From contig BLSG01000450.1 in assembly GCA_012862495.1 (NCBI GenBank), forward strand, positions 1-64,000: DNA of 64,000 nt, given 5' to 3'. The notes below the pieces were generated by a model that searched no databases, was not told the origin of the DNA, and worked only from the letters and a program-made list of their open reading frames with translations. This document shows, in pieces, positions 13,264-25,429 of this stretch. Source of the DNA: Thraustochytrium aureum. Its lineage: Eukaryota. Within the stretch, counting starts at the first letter, position 1. Each line of letters begins with the position of its first letter. Both the position numbers and the translations under genes were made by a program.

Positions 13264-14229
13264 AGAGGTGTGCGCGGGCTCGTGCCAGCAGGACAAGCCG
13301 CCTTGCGCTGGTTGTTTCTCCCGGTGGCGCCTAGCGCACGCCGCGCAGGCCCAGCAGGCGCAAGGCGGTTTGGCTCTAGAGGACCTGACCAGCCTGGCCG
13401 AGTCGCGGGGGGCTGCCCCATCTGGATGCAAACGAGGAGGATGCAAATGCCAGCAAGTAGGCCTGCTGGTAGGTGCAGTGATCGCACCGGGTCGGAAAGT
13501 AGCGCAGGTTGCGTTCTTTCGGAGCTGTTCTTGATCAAGCGAGCAGGTAGCGGATGGACGACAGTGCGGTTCCCTTCTTGCGCTCAGTTCCCCCTTTCTG
13601 CAGGGCATGCACAGGCAGTGGATTGGCTCCTTGGCGTTGGCAAGAGAGTGAGTACTTTCCCTGGCCCGCGCGCCCGAGCAGCAGGACCGCCGCAAAGACC
13701 CTGAGGAGCCGCGCCCTCGACTCCACAGACAACCGCCGAACTTGCGGCAGATTCAAGTGGTCAAGTCACATTTCGACAAGGGCTTGTCGCGATTTTTGAC
13801 TTTTCTTCTTTCAGTCAAGAGCAAGAACGTACGGCACGGCAGTTGCCAATCCGCTGCGAGCGCCGCCGCCCAGGCCGTGGGCAAACTCCATCGCGCCTTG
13901 CATCCCGGGATCCCCAGCCGCCCAGCAACACCGACGATCGAGGGCCCAGCGAGCGACGCCAGGCCTCGGCGCCTCCCGCAAGCAGCAACCAACAGTTTGC
14001 GCTGCGCAGACAGCCAACCCTCCGCCCCTCGCCGAGCGCGGCCCAAGTCAACAGGAAAAGCGGCGGCGCTCCGGAGCCGGCGGCGTGGCGCCGCGCCGGC
14101 GCCGACACGCGCCAAAGTCACCAACGACGACCGCTGGATCCGCAAGACGGTCGGGCCGCCGCGCAAGGCCAGCGGCGGCACGGCCCTGACCAGCTGCCAG
14201 CGACGCAGGAACGAGCCGGGTCGACGAGG

Positions 14230-15743
14230 ATGACTGTTATGATGCAACGGCCATCGCTGAAAAGACCTCTCGACCACAGCCCCTCGCCCGGCCCCTCCGC
14301 CACTCATGACGCCGACGAGCTCCGGGGTGCGAGCAAGTACCTTGGCGTCTCCGTTGACGTGACCGCCGCCAACGACAAGCCATCGCGCGCTGAGGCGCCC
14401 GACTCGCCCGTGCGCAAGGGACTCTGGGATGAGCCGGAAGACCTTGTTCTCCGCCGCCTCGTTGAAGAGGCCATTGAAGGGGTCAAAGCCAGATCCGCAG
14501 CGAGCGGCGCGCCGGTCGGCGCCGAGGAGGCCCTTGGTGTGTTTGACGCCAGCGCCGTGCTGCCCTGGGCCGACATCGCCGCCAAGATACCAGGCAGAAA
14601 CATCAAACAGTGCCGCGAGCGGTGGTGCTACAACTTGGACCCGCGGATCAACAAGGGCGAGTGGACAGCCCAAGAGGACCTCGTGCTCATCGGCATGCAG
14701 ACGCGAATCGGAAACAAGTGGTCGTACATCGCAAAGCTTCTCCCTGGCCGCACAGAGCACACTGTCAAGACGCGATTCCGGAGCCTCTGCCGCGCTGCCA
14801 AGCGCGAATGGAAGCCGCACGAGGACGAGCTTTTGCTCAAGCTGCACAGCGAGCTGGGTTCACAGTGGGACGAGATCGCTGCCTACTTCCCTAACCGCAC
14901 CAAGAACGCGCTCTCGACGCGGTACCGGCACCTCAAGGAGCAGCGCAAGGCCGCCAGCGCTGACCACGCAGCGCAGCCAAGCCACTCCGGAGGCGCAGAG
15001 GGCGCGAGCCTTGCCCCGCAGGTTCCGCCCGCCAAACAGAACGCCAAGCTCTCGCTCATGCCCGAGCACAATGCCCAGGCACACCACCACAGTATGGCGC
15101 CCTTCTACCCACGCTGCCGTCCCCGCTTCTCTCGCCCGGCTCCGCAACTACATCTGCCTTCGACCTCGCATCGCCCCCAAATCCGTTCGCCGATCCGAAT
15201 CGCGGGGCGTTTGGCGCTACTCGGGCTGTTGGAGCTGCTGGAGCAGCATCGGGCGTCTGTGCAGCTTTGTCGCGAGACAGCTTGCCCGACACCGCAGAGT
15301 CAGCCTCGTACACACGTCGCGACCCCCTCCCGCCTCCTCTCCAAATTAGTGACATGCGCCCCGCCCTGGGGCTCGCGTCAGGTTTGCCACTCTCCTTCCC
15401 GACGCTGCACGGCCTGCCACTGCACCTGCTCCATGGACATTTGCAGGGGCCTTTGCTCACGCTAGAGTCCCTGCAAGCCGGAATCCAGAACTCCCCGCCA
15501 GCAGACCAATGGGTAACCGGTGGCCAGCTGTCGCCCTCGCCCTCGGCGGCCCAGATGCAGTCATATCGCTTCCACGCCCAGGCGCAGGCCCAGGTCCAGG
15601 CGCAGGCACAGACGCAGGCGCAAGCCCAAGCCTACGGCGCAACACACTCGGCGCAGAACCAGCAGCTGACGCGGCAAGACCTGCAAGCGCTGGTGGACAT
15701 GATGATGGCCAAGAACGGCGCAAACCTAGGCAAACCGTTTTGA
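14230..15743 (+). CDS. Myb-domain transcription factor with three repeats and a QA-rich C-terminus (one apparent frameshift ~15090)
   Basis: KGLWDEPED...WADIAAKIPGRNIKQCRERW; KGEWTAQED...GNKWSYIAKLLPGRT; REWKPHED...WDEIAAYFPNRT. Adding one C at ~15090 joins a P/S-rich frame that ends QAQAQ...GKPF*. The start codon is uncertain. Confidence 0.88.
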
Positions 15744-15900
15744 ATCTGAACAAGTAATGATGATTTGTGTTTCTCCACCGTCGTTTCCGGGCCTCGAACC
15801 TGTCCACGTCAACAACGACCCAATGCCGGCAGCGCACGCCCGGCCGCACCGGAGCTCCGCAAACGGCCCGGGGGTGCGCCTATCCACTGGAGGCGCCTGC

Positions 15901-16291
15901 TTACATGCCCAGCTTGCGCTCCATCGTCGAGTGAAAGTCGGCGAGGTACTGGGGCGAGGACTCGGGGCTCGCCCAGCCAGTCGTCGAAGCGCAGGCTCAA
16001 GTCTGCCCCCGTGTAGTTGTCTAGCGCCGCAAACGAGCTGGGCAGCCCTGGCAGCCGGTGAAACTGCGAGAGGATCTTGTGGTCCGCCTGGAATCTCATC
16101 GCGGCAGCCAGCCCCTGCTGCGCGGTCAGATCGCGCAACCGCGCGTCCATCTCGCGGGCCCTGCGCTCCTTTTGCATCCGCTCCACGGGGTGCAGGGGCG
16201 CCAGCTGGGCCACAGCCGAGGTCAAGCCATCCCGCAGACTGTCGTGCGGCGCCCGCAGCATCGGCATCGACATTCCCTCGCCGCCGTCCAT
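15901..16291 (-). CDS. UMP1: Proteasome maturation factor UMP1/POMP
   Basis: HDSLRDGL...HPVE...RLPGLPSS...G.D..L.FDDWLG. Removing one base at the G run 15964-15967 gives the canonical end DFHSTMERKLGM*. Confidence 0.9.
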
Positions 16292-16576
16292 CTCGCCGAG
16301 CCGCGGCCCACGAGCGCGCAGTCCCTCAGCCGCTCACTCGCGTGCGAGCCTGGCACTCCACCGACGCGTCCTGCTCGCTCTGCCTGCCTGCCTCTGTGCC
16401 TGCCTGCGTCGCGCGTTTAGTTCGGGCTCTGCCGTTGCTGCGTTCGCTCGTCTTCGCGCCCAGGAATCACCGAGGCCGAATCCGCGCCACGCTCAGGAGC
16501 GCTCGAGGCGCGCTGCGCTCTACTAGTGCGTGCGGGCGGGCAGACCGCTCTGGCTGGCAGGCCGGCCGGTGTGGCG

Positions 16577-17008
16577 ATGGCGGACGGCGGCGAGGAGGCG
16601 CTGCTGGAGACCAAGGAGCGCGTGCGGTTTGAGGTGGAGCTCGAGTTTGTGCAGTGCCTGGCCAACCCCAGGTACCTCAACTACCTCGCGCAGCGACTCG
16701 TGCTGGAGGACGAGGCGTTCGTGGCGTACTTGGCGTACCTGCAGTACTGGAAGCGGCCCGAGTACGCAAAGTTTGTGCAGTATCCGCACTGCCTGTACTT
16801 TCTTGACCTGCTGCAGGACAAGGGGTTTCGCGATCGCCTCAAGGACACGCAGGCCACCGAGATGATTCACGCGCAGCAGTTCTTCCACTGGCAGTACTTG
16901 CACGCCAAGCCGCAAGACGCGCCAGCCCAGCAGCCAGGAGGCGACGCGCCCAGCGCGGAGGAGCGAGCGGGCTCGACGGGGCCAGAATCATCCGCAGCTG
17001 CTCAGTAG
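16577..17008 (+). CDS. MED31: Mediator subunit 31 (SOH1)
   Basis: RFEVELEFVQCLANPRYLNYLAQ...YLQYWKRPEYAKFVQYPHCL is the family signature. Confidence 0.97.
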   Translation: MADGGEEALLETKERVRFEVELEFVQCLANPRYLNYLAQRLVLEDEAFVAYLAYLQYWKRPEYAKFVQYPHCLYFLDLLQDKGFRDRLKDTQATEMIHAQQFFHWQYLHAKPQDAPAQQPGGDAPSAEERAGSTGPESSAAAQ

Positions 17009-17144
17009 GGGACAGCTTGCGCAAGGAGCGCGCTGGCGCCAGAAACAATATTCGTTTTTCCGTGTTGCGCCTGCTCGCTGTCAAGGCCTGTCGTCGCGCA
17101 GCTCGCACCAGCAAAAGGGCACGTACTTCGCGGCGTGCGGCGAC

Positions 17145-17734
17145 CTACGTGCCTCGCGTCGCCGCGAGGCGCCTCTTCCGCAGCTCTGCCAGGGACAGAG
17201 GTGCCACGGGTTGGCCTGCACCGGCAACACCTGCGCCAGAATCCGGGGCGCCAGCCCACGTCGCGCCTAGAGCGCGCATGACAGCGTCCTCAGCCGGGCC
17301 TTCCGTCGGCACCGGCGGAGTGTAATTGCCCTGTCGGTCGAAGATAACCTTGTACGACCGCTCTGGTACCCCCATGAGAATGAACTGCGCCTTGTCGTTC
17401 AGGGGCTTCTCCACGCTCAGGCTGGCCAGAGAGACTGACATGGGCTTGGACAGCGACCCGCCCACAGTGTGCGTGTGAATAATGGCCTTGCCTGCCGCCG
17501 CGTCTAGAACGACCTTGGAGACCAGGGCTTTGGCGTAAAACCTAAGCAAGAATGCGCTCCCGATGCTGACAATGGAGCCGACGAAGCACCATCCTGGGTG
17601 CGTGTAAAATTGGACCACGAGGCTCGAGTCAGCCGGGGTCGCCGCAGCCTGCTTGCCGGTGCCTTCAGCGGGCTTGCCGGCCTTGCCCAACTCGGGCACC
17701 TTGATGCGACCCACGGTGGCGGCCTCGTACGACA
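17145..17734 (-). CDS. TMEM223/TMEM70-like mitochondrial membrane protein, C-terminal part
   Basis: TM helix (WCFVGSIVSIGSAFLLRFY) followed by V.KVVL...IHTHTVGG and ILMGVPERSYKVIFDRQGNY, resembling the TMEM223 C-terminus. The start is in the gap. Confidence 0.55.
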
Positions 17735-18413
17735 NNNNNNNNNNNNNNNNNNNNNNNNNNNNNNNNNNNNNNNNNNNNNNNNNNNNNNNNNNNNNNNNNN
17801 NNNNNNNNNNNNNNNNNNNNNNNNNNNNNNNNNNNNNNNNNNNNNNNNNNNNNNNNNNNNNNNNNNNNNNNNNNNNNNNNNNNNNNNNNNNNNNNNNNNN
17901 NNNNNNNNNNNNNNNNNNNNNNNNNNNNNNNNNNNNNNNNNNNNNNNNNNNNNNNNNNNNNNNNNNNNNNNNNNNNNNNNNNNNNNNNNNNNNNNNNNNN
18001 NNNNNNNNNNNNNNNNNNNNNNNNNNNNNNNNNNNNNNNNNNNNNNNNNNNNNNNNNNNNNNNNNNNNNNNNNNNNNNNNNNNNNNNNNNNNNNNNNNNN
18101 NNNNNNNNNNNNNNNNNNNNNNNNNNNNNNNNNNNNNNNNNNNNNNNNNNNNNNNNNNNNNNNNNNNNNNNNNNNNNNNNNNNNNNNNNNNNNNNNNNNN
18201 NNNNNNNNNNNNNNNNNNNNNNNNNNNNNNNNNNNNNNNNNNNNNNNNNNNNNNNNNNNNNNNNNNNNNNNNNNNNNNNNNNNNNNNNNNNNNNNNNNNN
18301 NNNNNNNNNNNNNNNNNNNNNNNNNNNNNNNNNNNNNNNNNNNNNNNNNNNNNNNNNNNNNNNNNNNNNNNNNNNNNNNNNNNNNNNNNNNNNNNNNNNN
18401 NNNNNNNNNNNNN

Positions 18414-19734
18414 CAATAACACAGCGGCCTCAGAGCACTACCTACCAGCAGTACGCGCTCCACGAGAACAGCAGAGTACCAGCGCGGCAGAGTACCAGTC
18501 GCGACCAGAACTGCAAAGAATACCTTCCAGAGCAGCAGCGCCAGAACAGCAGGGTACTTGGTCGCAACGCGTTGCTGTTGGGCGACGTGGAGCAGCATAC
18601 CAGAGCAGAGAAAAGAGGGCAGGCGCGGCGATGGAGACTGGCCCCGAGGGGCACGACGAAGACTTCCAAGGCCCGTGGCTGGAGCGGCGCCAGGCCCTGG
18701 AACGCATTGCGAGGCAGTTTGAGCGCACGAGGCTAGGATCACCAGTTTCGAAGCGGAGTGCGCCGGAGAGCCACACCCCCGACCGCTCTACGAGGAGGCC
18801 GGCGCACAGGGGCGAGGACGCGTCGGGCGAGGCCGAGTACGAGCTCGAGTCCGACGTCGACCTCGTCGCAAGCATAGAAGCCCTACGCTTTCGCCTGGCA
18901 AGCGCCAAAGGGCGCCACTTCGAGGCCGAGGCTGAGCACGCCGCACAGAACACTCTCGCGCTTCCTCGGCAACGACTAGATGGCGCCCACGAGCCGGACC
19001 TCGCGCGCAAAACGTCTCGGCTGGGCACAACGACGTCGAGCTTGGCGCGGCTGCCGCTGCACGAGCGGCGCGACGATCGCCATGACCGCAGCGACTCGCC
19101 GAAGCCCTCGCCTCGGCACGCCCGCAAAACTTCGCTCGCACCGCCAGTAGACAGACATGACGCTTTCTCGAACCTGGATGCCGCCACACTTGATGAGCGG
19201 CTCGAGCAGCTCGAGGAAGAAGAGAGGTTCGTCCAGCGCCAACTTGCGGCACTCCAGGGCCGGCGGTGCGATTCGGTCTCGGGGACAGAGATCAGCGGCC
19301 CCGGCAGCTCGGGTACCAGCTTGGCATGTCCAGCGCTCCCGCACCAAGTTCTGGTCCAAAGTGACGAAGCCAGCCTTGCGAACCGAGCCAACTGTGCTTT
19401 GCAGCCCTTGCTTGGCGAGTACGCCGACCTCACGACCAAACTCCGACGCGGAGCAAGAATGCGCGTCGTCGTAGAGCGAAACGCTGGCGACGAATCCCCG
19501 GTCTCGCAACAGCCCCAACGGCACGCCTGCTGCGTGGCATGGGTGTGCGTGAAACGCTCTCAACCGGCAACTTTGCAGTGGACTCTCGACTTTGACGAGT
19601 GCTGCTTTGACACCCGGGTTTCGCGCGAGTCTTGGGAAGCGCAGAGCACGTTTTGCGTGCCACTAAGCCAGATCGGGGCGCTCTTTTGCGAAGGCGAGAG
19701 GGAGTCTGCTGCTATGGGCGCGGAACCGGGTTCT
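18414..19734 (+). CDS. Hypothetical protein, partial: short coiled coils and a possible PH-like domain
   Basis: About 440 open codons between two gaps. LRRGARMRVVV...AWVCVK...TLQW...VPLSQI loosely resembles PH strands. Confidence 0.55.
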
Positions 19735-20778
19735 NNNNNNNNNNNNNNNNNNNNNNNNNNNNNNNNNNNNNNNNNNNNNNNNNNNNNNNNNNNNNNNNNN
19801 NNNNNNNNNNNNNNNNNNNNNNNNNNNNNNNNNNNNNNNNNNNNNNNNNNNNNNNNNNNNNNNNNNNNNNNNNNNNNNNNNNCTTAACGCCCTCCGGCTG
19901 CCTATCGAGACTCTACGGTGTGGGCGTTGCGCTCAGTGCACGCACGACCGGAACCCACCAAGCCAAGCGTGTAAGAATCACACGATGCGTTGGACGCGTC
20001 TGCACTCTTGCATCTGGCCTCGCCCCCACAAAACGTCGAGACCGCGAGTTCTGTCTCTGCAAACTCTACGCCATGCAACGAACAGTCGCGGCTCGGAACG
20101 CACGAGGCACGAAGACAGGGCACTGGCTGGCCCTGCAGGTCTTCCGAGAGAACACCATCGCAAGCGGACGGCTTTCAGTTTTGGAGGCACTGTCTAGCGT
20201 AGACTGCGTGGCTGCTCAGAGCACGAACGTTTATGTACCAGTAGCGAGCGGTAAACGCGCAGCATTTGCTGAGAGCCGCTTCTCGAGGCAAGGCGTGTAC
20301 TAGGCGCTTTGTGGCGGTTGGGCGCCTCGCCCTTGCGCACACGCTGCGTGCCACTACACGCCTCCCCACTTGCCCGGAACAGCCCCAGAAACAAGCCAAC
20401 AGCCAGAACAAAGCAACTTCGAACTTCGTTTACATGAACGGTGTCCCCGCGCGCGCGCGCCAGGATCCCAGACTTGCGAGCTAGCTTGCCTCGTTCTGCG
20501 AGGCACCTCAAAGGGCTGCACCGCCTGACTGTCATGGGTTGGATTGATTGTCACCTCTCGAGCTCTATTGAGTCCTCCTCCCTCCACTGTGGTGAAGGAC
20601 TCGACTCGGCGACAACAGCCATTGCGCTGGGAAAAAGGAAAAAGCCTTTCCAGACAGCACAGCGCGGCACGGGGTGCTTGCAAGCCACGAGGTCCTGGCG
20701 GCGCAGCGGGCGCTCTTCCTACCGCGGCGCCCCTGCTATCTCGGGACGTACTCCGCAGCACGACTAGATGCTGTAGGC

Positions 20779-22734
20779 TTAAGCAAGCGCGCCAACCCGT
20801 AGGCTTGCGTCGCCCAGGGTCCGCTTAGGCTGCTTCGAAGCCACCGGCTTCGCCGCGGCCGACCGGCCGGCAACACCCCCCGCATCGTAAAACGCTCGAA
20901 GCGATTGCCAACGGATGTCAGGCTGGCCGCCGGGACCTGGTCGAACTCCAGTATCGTGAAGGCTCATCTCTCCGGACTCGTCCCCGAGGTCGAACTCTAG
21001 CGCATCTGCAGTGGCCCAAGTCTCGCCCGCCCCGCTCCGATCGTCAGCGGCGCCCCGCCACAAAACGATCGTCTCATTGAAGGGGTCCAATTCGAGGTCC
21101 TGCTGTGCTGCACTTTGCTCTGGAAGTCGAGGTGGACTTGGAGGTGCGCTGGGGCGCTGCCCTGGGTCCGCGTCGCGCCGCTGCTGGGTTCGCGACGTCT
21201 TGTTTCTGGCCGCCTTGTCTGGTGCTGCGCGCAGGCGCGCAGTGGGGCGCCCAGCAGCTAGACGGGTCCGGCTGGAGCTGCGGCGCTCTGCGACATCGGC
21301 AACCTTTCGTGGTTGGTCTGCCTTTTGCCTACGAGCGCTTCTCGCCCGAGTGAGGACCGCGCCCCTGGACCGTCCGCGGGTCCTCACTCCGTTTGGGGGG
21401 GCTTGCCTCCGCCTGCCCCCCGAAGCGGGGGCGGATTGCGCTGACGCTCGGGCCTCTCCGGAGCCACGTTGACCTGGGGAAGAAGACAGCGGCGGAGCTC
21501 GTGGCGGCGGGGGCTGCCGCGCCGAGGCGCCCGTTGCGGCGCTAGGTCTTGAAACGGCCCGACCGAGGATGCGGGCAAGCTCGACTTCAAGCAGGTCGAC
21601 TTGTATGTAGTAGCTCTCTTCGGACAGCTGCAGGGCCAGGCTGTCCTCAAGCGAGACCGGCGCGCCGCCGCTCTCCCGGGCCGCTTGCTGAAGCTTCGCT
21701 TGCTCTTCCTCGACAAGCTCGGACAGGAGCTCGCGCATGTTGAGCGAAAACTGGGCGGGCGCATCCATGAAGGTTTGCAGCAGCGCAGATCGAAGTGGAC
21801 GCAAGACCCTCTCTGACGTTAGCAAAGCGTCGATCGCGGCCCTAGCTGACCCGTGGCTGCTGTTTTTGAACTCGTCGTACGAACACATTGGCAACGCGCG
21901 ATGTGCAGGGGCCGCCACCGCCTTTCCGGGACGCGGCTGACTACGCCGGCGTTCTGGGTCTTCTAACGAGGGCACGTCGTCACGCGCGATATTGCGCCGC
22001 GGTTCGCTCGGCGCCGACTCTGGACGAAAGTCATCACGCGAGGAACGCCCTGCAGCGTCCAGGCTTGGCGCCTCTGACGACTTGGATGGTGGAACGTCGT
22101 CCGCCTCCAAGTGCTTGGCGTCAGCTTCCGCCTCGTCCTCTACGCCGAATTCGAATAGCGCGACGTCGCGTCGGCCGCCGTTGAGCGCTTGAGGCGCCCC
22201 GTCTGCGGGGTCGACGAGAGCGGGCCGTATTGCCCGCCCAACGACCTCAAGCTCGAGTCCGGGCACATCCGTCGGGCTAGACCCCTCAGAGTCGTGGCCA
22301 GAGTCTGGGCTTGACTCATCCGAGTCACCGTACACAGAGGTGCCTTCGCTGTGGCTGCGGCGTGGTCCTGCCGTGTCTGCCACTTCCCCCTGGGGCCCGA
22401 GGCTGAGGTGCTCCGTCCCGTTTGTGCCATTTTCGGTCTCGCTCCGTTCAGGCCCGGCGCCAGCGCTGTAGCCCAGGCCAGCGCCGAGTACTGCGTCATC
22501 TCCCATGCCTAGCTGCGCCTCAGCCACGGCGGCTTTCACTGGCCGGCACGCTTTGGGTCAGCGCTGCGGATGCTGCTTGTGGCAGGCTCGCTCCTGTGCG
22601 AGCCGAAGCCGGGCGAGCAGGCCCTGCGGCAGAGATGGGCGAAGCGCCTGGCAGGCCTTCCCCTCGTGCGCTCCTGCCTCTGCGCCCCGGGCCAGCGACT
22701 TACGCTTCTTCTCGAGCCCTTCCAGCAAGTCCAT
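20779..22734 (-). CDS. Hypothetical protein, mostly low-complexity with a central helical domain; predicted intron 22624-22703 and frameshift ~22535
   Basis: 586-codon ORF. Upstream ATG at 22734 (MDLLEGLEKK) splices via GTAAGT...CCGCAG in frame into RPARPASAR..., which joins the long ORF after removing one A. Confidence 0.6.
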
Positions 22735-23230
22735 TCGAGGTCGAGTATCCACCTTTGCCCGCGCCCGCCCCGCGCCGCGACTGAGCCGCGGAGGATTGCG
22801 CTCGCTCGCCCGGCTGCCTGGCTGCGACGCGGCTGCCTGGCTGCGTCCTGGCGGCCGTTGCCTGCAGTGCGCGGCGGCGTTCGCGCTGTGCGGCGGGGCG
22901 GTGGTTTATCCCTTTTCGTTCGATAATTCCACCTCCAAACTGGCTGGAGGGGTCCTTGCTGCGCTCGCCGAGTCCACCTGCCCGCTCCCGCACCATCGAT
23001 GGGCTGGTGGAACTCGGGACGACGGAGCGCGCGCAGTATCTCGCGCTCCTCCGGCAGCGGGCGCCAAGAGCTCCGGGAGGACCTCGCGCGCAACATCAAC
23101 GCCAGCTGAGCCCGGCGGTTGCCAACCACTTGCGCTTCGGTGCGGACGGGCCACGCGCTGGTTGCGCTGCGCGGACGCGAGAGCATCGAGTCGGCGCGCC
23201 AGCAGGACGCGGGAACTGCGAAAGCACGAG

Positions 23231-24499
23231 TCAGAAAAGGCACTTGATTAGAGTAGAAACGACCGGGCCAGCTGCCAACGACAGAACATGAGCAGTCAAA
23301 AAAGCACACGGGCAGCACCTTGAAGAGAGGCGGGAGAGGCTGCGCGCAACACGCGCGATATTACAGGGAACCAGGAGCGAGCAACTTGGCAGCTGCGCCG
23401 GGAGAAACTGGAGTGCCGTCGTGGACTGGAGACTTGCAGCCCCCCCCTCGCTCCCTCCGGCGCTGCTATGCGTGCTCCTGCTCTCTGCGTCATCCTCGTC
23501 CTCTTCCTCGATCTCCTCCAGGTCCGTGTCGGTTTGGCCAACGTCCGTGTCGCTGTTGCTATCGTACTCGTACTTGTGCACGACGCTGGCCGGGTCGTCG
23601 AAGAGCTCGGAGAAGACGAGGATGGCAAAGTGGACCAGGAAGGCGTTGCGCATCTCCAGCAAGAGCTCGAGCGTGAGGTTCTTGCGCGAGATGGGGTCCA
23701 TGCCCGACGCGGGCACAAAGCTGAGCAGCTTGTGGATCGCCTTCGAGCCGGGACTTCGGCGCGCCGTCTTGCGGCGATCCGCCGAGTAGTAGCCCTGGAG
23801 CGAGTTGGCCGAGCGCGAGGTCACCATCTTGGAGCTCTTCGCCTTGGACTCGTACACATCGTAGGTCTCTTCAATGAGGCGCTGGTGTTGCTGAGTGGTG
23901 TCTTCGTCGCCATCGCTGTCGCTTGCGTTGGGCGAGACAGACTCTCCGCCGTCCTTGCTGAGGATGGAAACCATCGAGAAGCGCCGAACATCAGGGTCGA
24001 ACGTGCTGTCCACCTCCAGCTGCAAGCCGAACGGGACCTCCGGCCCGCCGCCCTTGCGCTTGAGGATATCTTCGACAAGCTGCGGGAGCTCGCGGTCATC
24101 GTACACCACGCTCGTGTCGAAGAGCTCGAAAGCGACTTTCTCCATCAGTTTCCGAATGAGTTTGTTCTTGTCCCTCGAGCCCATCGATCGCGGGGCGACG
24201 ACCGCATGCAGGACGCGCGCGCGCACCGCTACCTTCTCGCGGATGCTCATGATGAGGCCGCGCCGTGCGGGGTCGCTCAGCGCCACCCATGTCTGGATCA
24301 CGCGCTTCTTCTCCGACTTCCAACTCGACAGCAGGTGCGCGCAGATGTCGTCGGCGCCGGCCCGCACGCGGAAGCTGTGGATGCGCAGGCGGGCGCGTTC
24401 AATGTGCCGCTTGGCTTCGTCGGGGTTGAGCACGACGGGCTCGTTCTCGCTCTCGTGCCGTGCAGCGCCGGTCTCCTCGGCGGACCCGGACTGGCCCAT
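23231..24499 (-). CDS. Hypothetical protein with an N-terminal MGQSGS myristoylation motif and an acidic tail
   Basis: About 400 codons with strong GC3 bias. The true stop may be 23361 if the C run near 23440-23447 is miscalled. Confidence 0.7.
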   Translation of the reverse strand: MGQSGSAEETGAARHESENEPVVLNPDEAKRHIERARLRIHSFRVRAGADDICAHLLSSWKSEKKRVIQTWVALSDPARRGLIMSIREKVAVRARVLHAVVAPRSMGSRDKNKLIRKLMEKVAFELFDTSVVYDDRELPQLVEDILKRKGGGPEVPFGLQLEVDSTFDPDVRRFSMVSILSKDGGESVSPNASDSDGDEDTTQQHQRLIEETYDVYESKAKSSKMVTSRSANSLQGYYSADRRKTARRSPGSKAIHKLLSFVPASGMDPISRKNLTLELLLEMRNAFLVHFAILVFSELFDDPASVVHKYEYDSNSDTDVGQTDTDLEEIEEEDEDDAESRSTHSSAGGSEGGAASLQSTTALQFLPAQLPSCSLLVPCNIARVARSLSRLSSRCCPCAFLTAHVLSLAAGPVVSTLIKCLF

Positions 24500-25429
24500 G
24501 TCGTTTCGGCGCTGGCGAGCTGAGCGGCGGCCGCCGCACGACAGGCAGCCTCGCCCAGACTCTGCTGAAGACAGCGCCCAGGCCGCCCCGCGTCGTCTNN
24601 NNNNNNNNNNNNNNNNNNNNNNNNNNNNNNNNNNNNNNNNNNNNNNNNNNNNNNNNNNNNNNNNNNNNNNNNNNNNNNNNNNNNNNNNNNNNNNNNNNNN
24701 NNNNNNNNNNNNNNNNNNNNNNNNNNNNNNNNNNNNNTGGCCGAAAGACGGGCCGAAGGGCTGGCTTAGGGGTTGGCTGGCCCACGGCTGGCTGGCTGGC
24801 TGGCTGGCTGGCTGAAGGCGAACTGACCGCCTGCCTGGCCGTCGCGTGGCCAGCTCGCTTCCTCGCGCCCTCCCTGTCCCGCTTCGTTCCTGCTGCCCGT
24901 GCGAGGAGGCAGCCCTCGATGGCTGGAGCGGCGGCGTGAGGCCGTGGCTGGACGACAACGAGAATGCTCTGTTCGCCGAGGATCTGGAAGTGGCGGTGAA
25001 TCGCAACCGGAGTCCGCGCTGCCTTCGAAAGTTCGAGGTGCAAGAGAGGCTTGTGAGAGAGCATGCGCTTGCCGTTTTTGCGCTCCTCCCTCGGGCTCTG
25101 CGAGGGAGGCTGCTGGACGAGTCAGCTGACTAACGAACGAGCTGACGCTGCGGGCCGTCAATGCTGCGCGCGAGCTGGCTGCGGAAGCCTGTAGAGTAGG
25201 TACGTATGTGCTCGCTGCGGCGGTGATGATGCTCGCGACCGGCGGCTTGATGGCCACCCAATCAGGTCGTGCATCGCGCTTGCAGAGCATCACAGGGCAT
25301 GACGGTGGCTGGGAAACATCAAGTCTGGCCACGGCACAACGTGGCGCCCTCACGGAATAAAACTCAACCTGCTCTTTCTCCTCACTTCCTTCCTTTCCCA
25401 CTCCCTCCAAGTCCCTCCGCCTCGCGCTC

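Noticed and set aside
19883..20767. ORFs downstream of the gap at 19735-19882
   Set aside because: No coding signature or motif. The link to the upstream hypothetical gene cannot be established.
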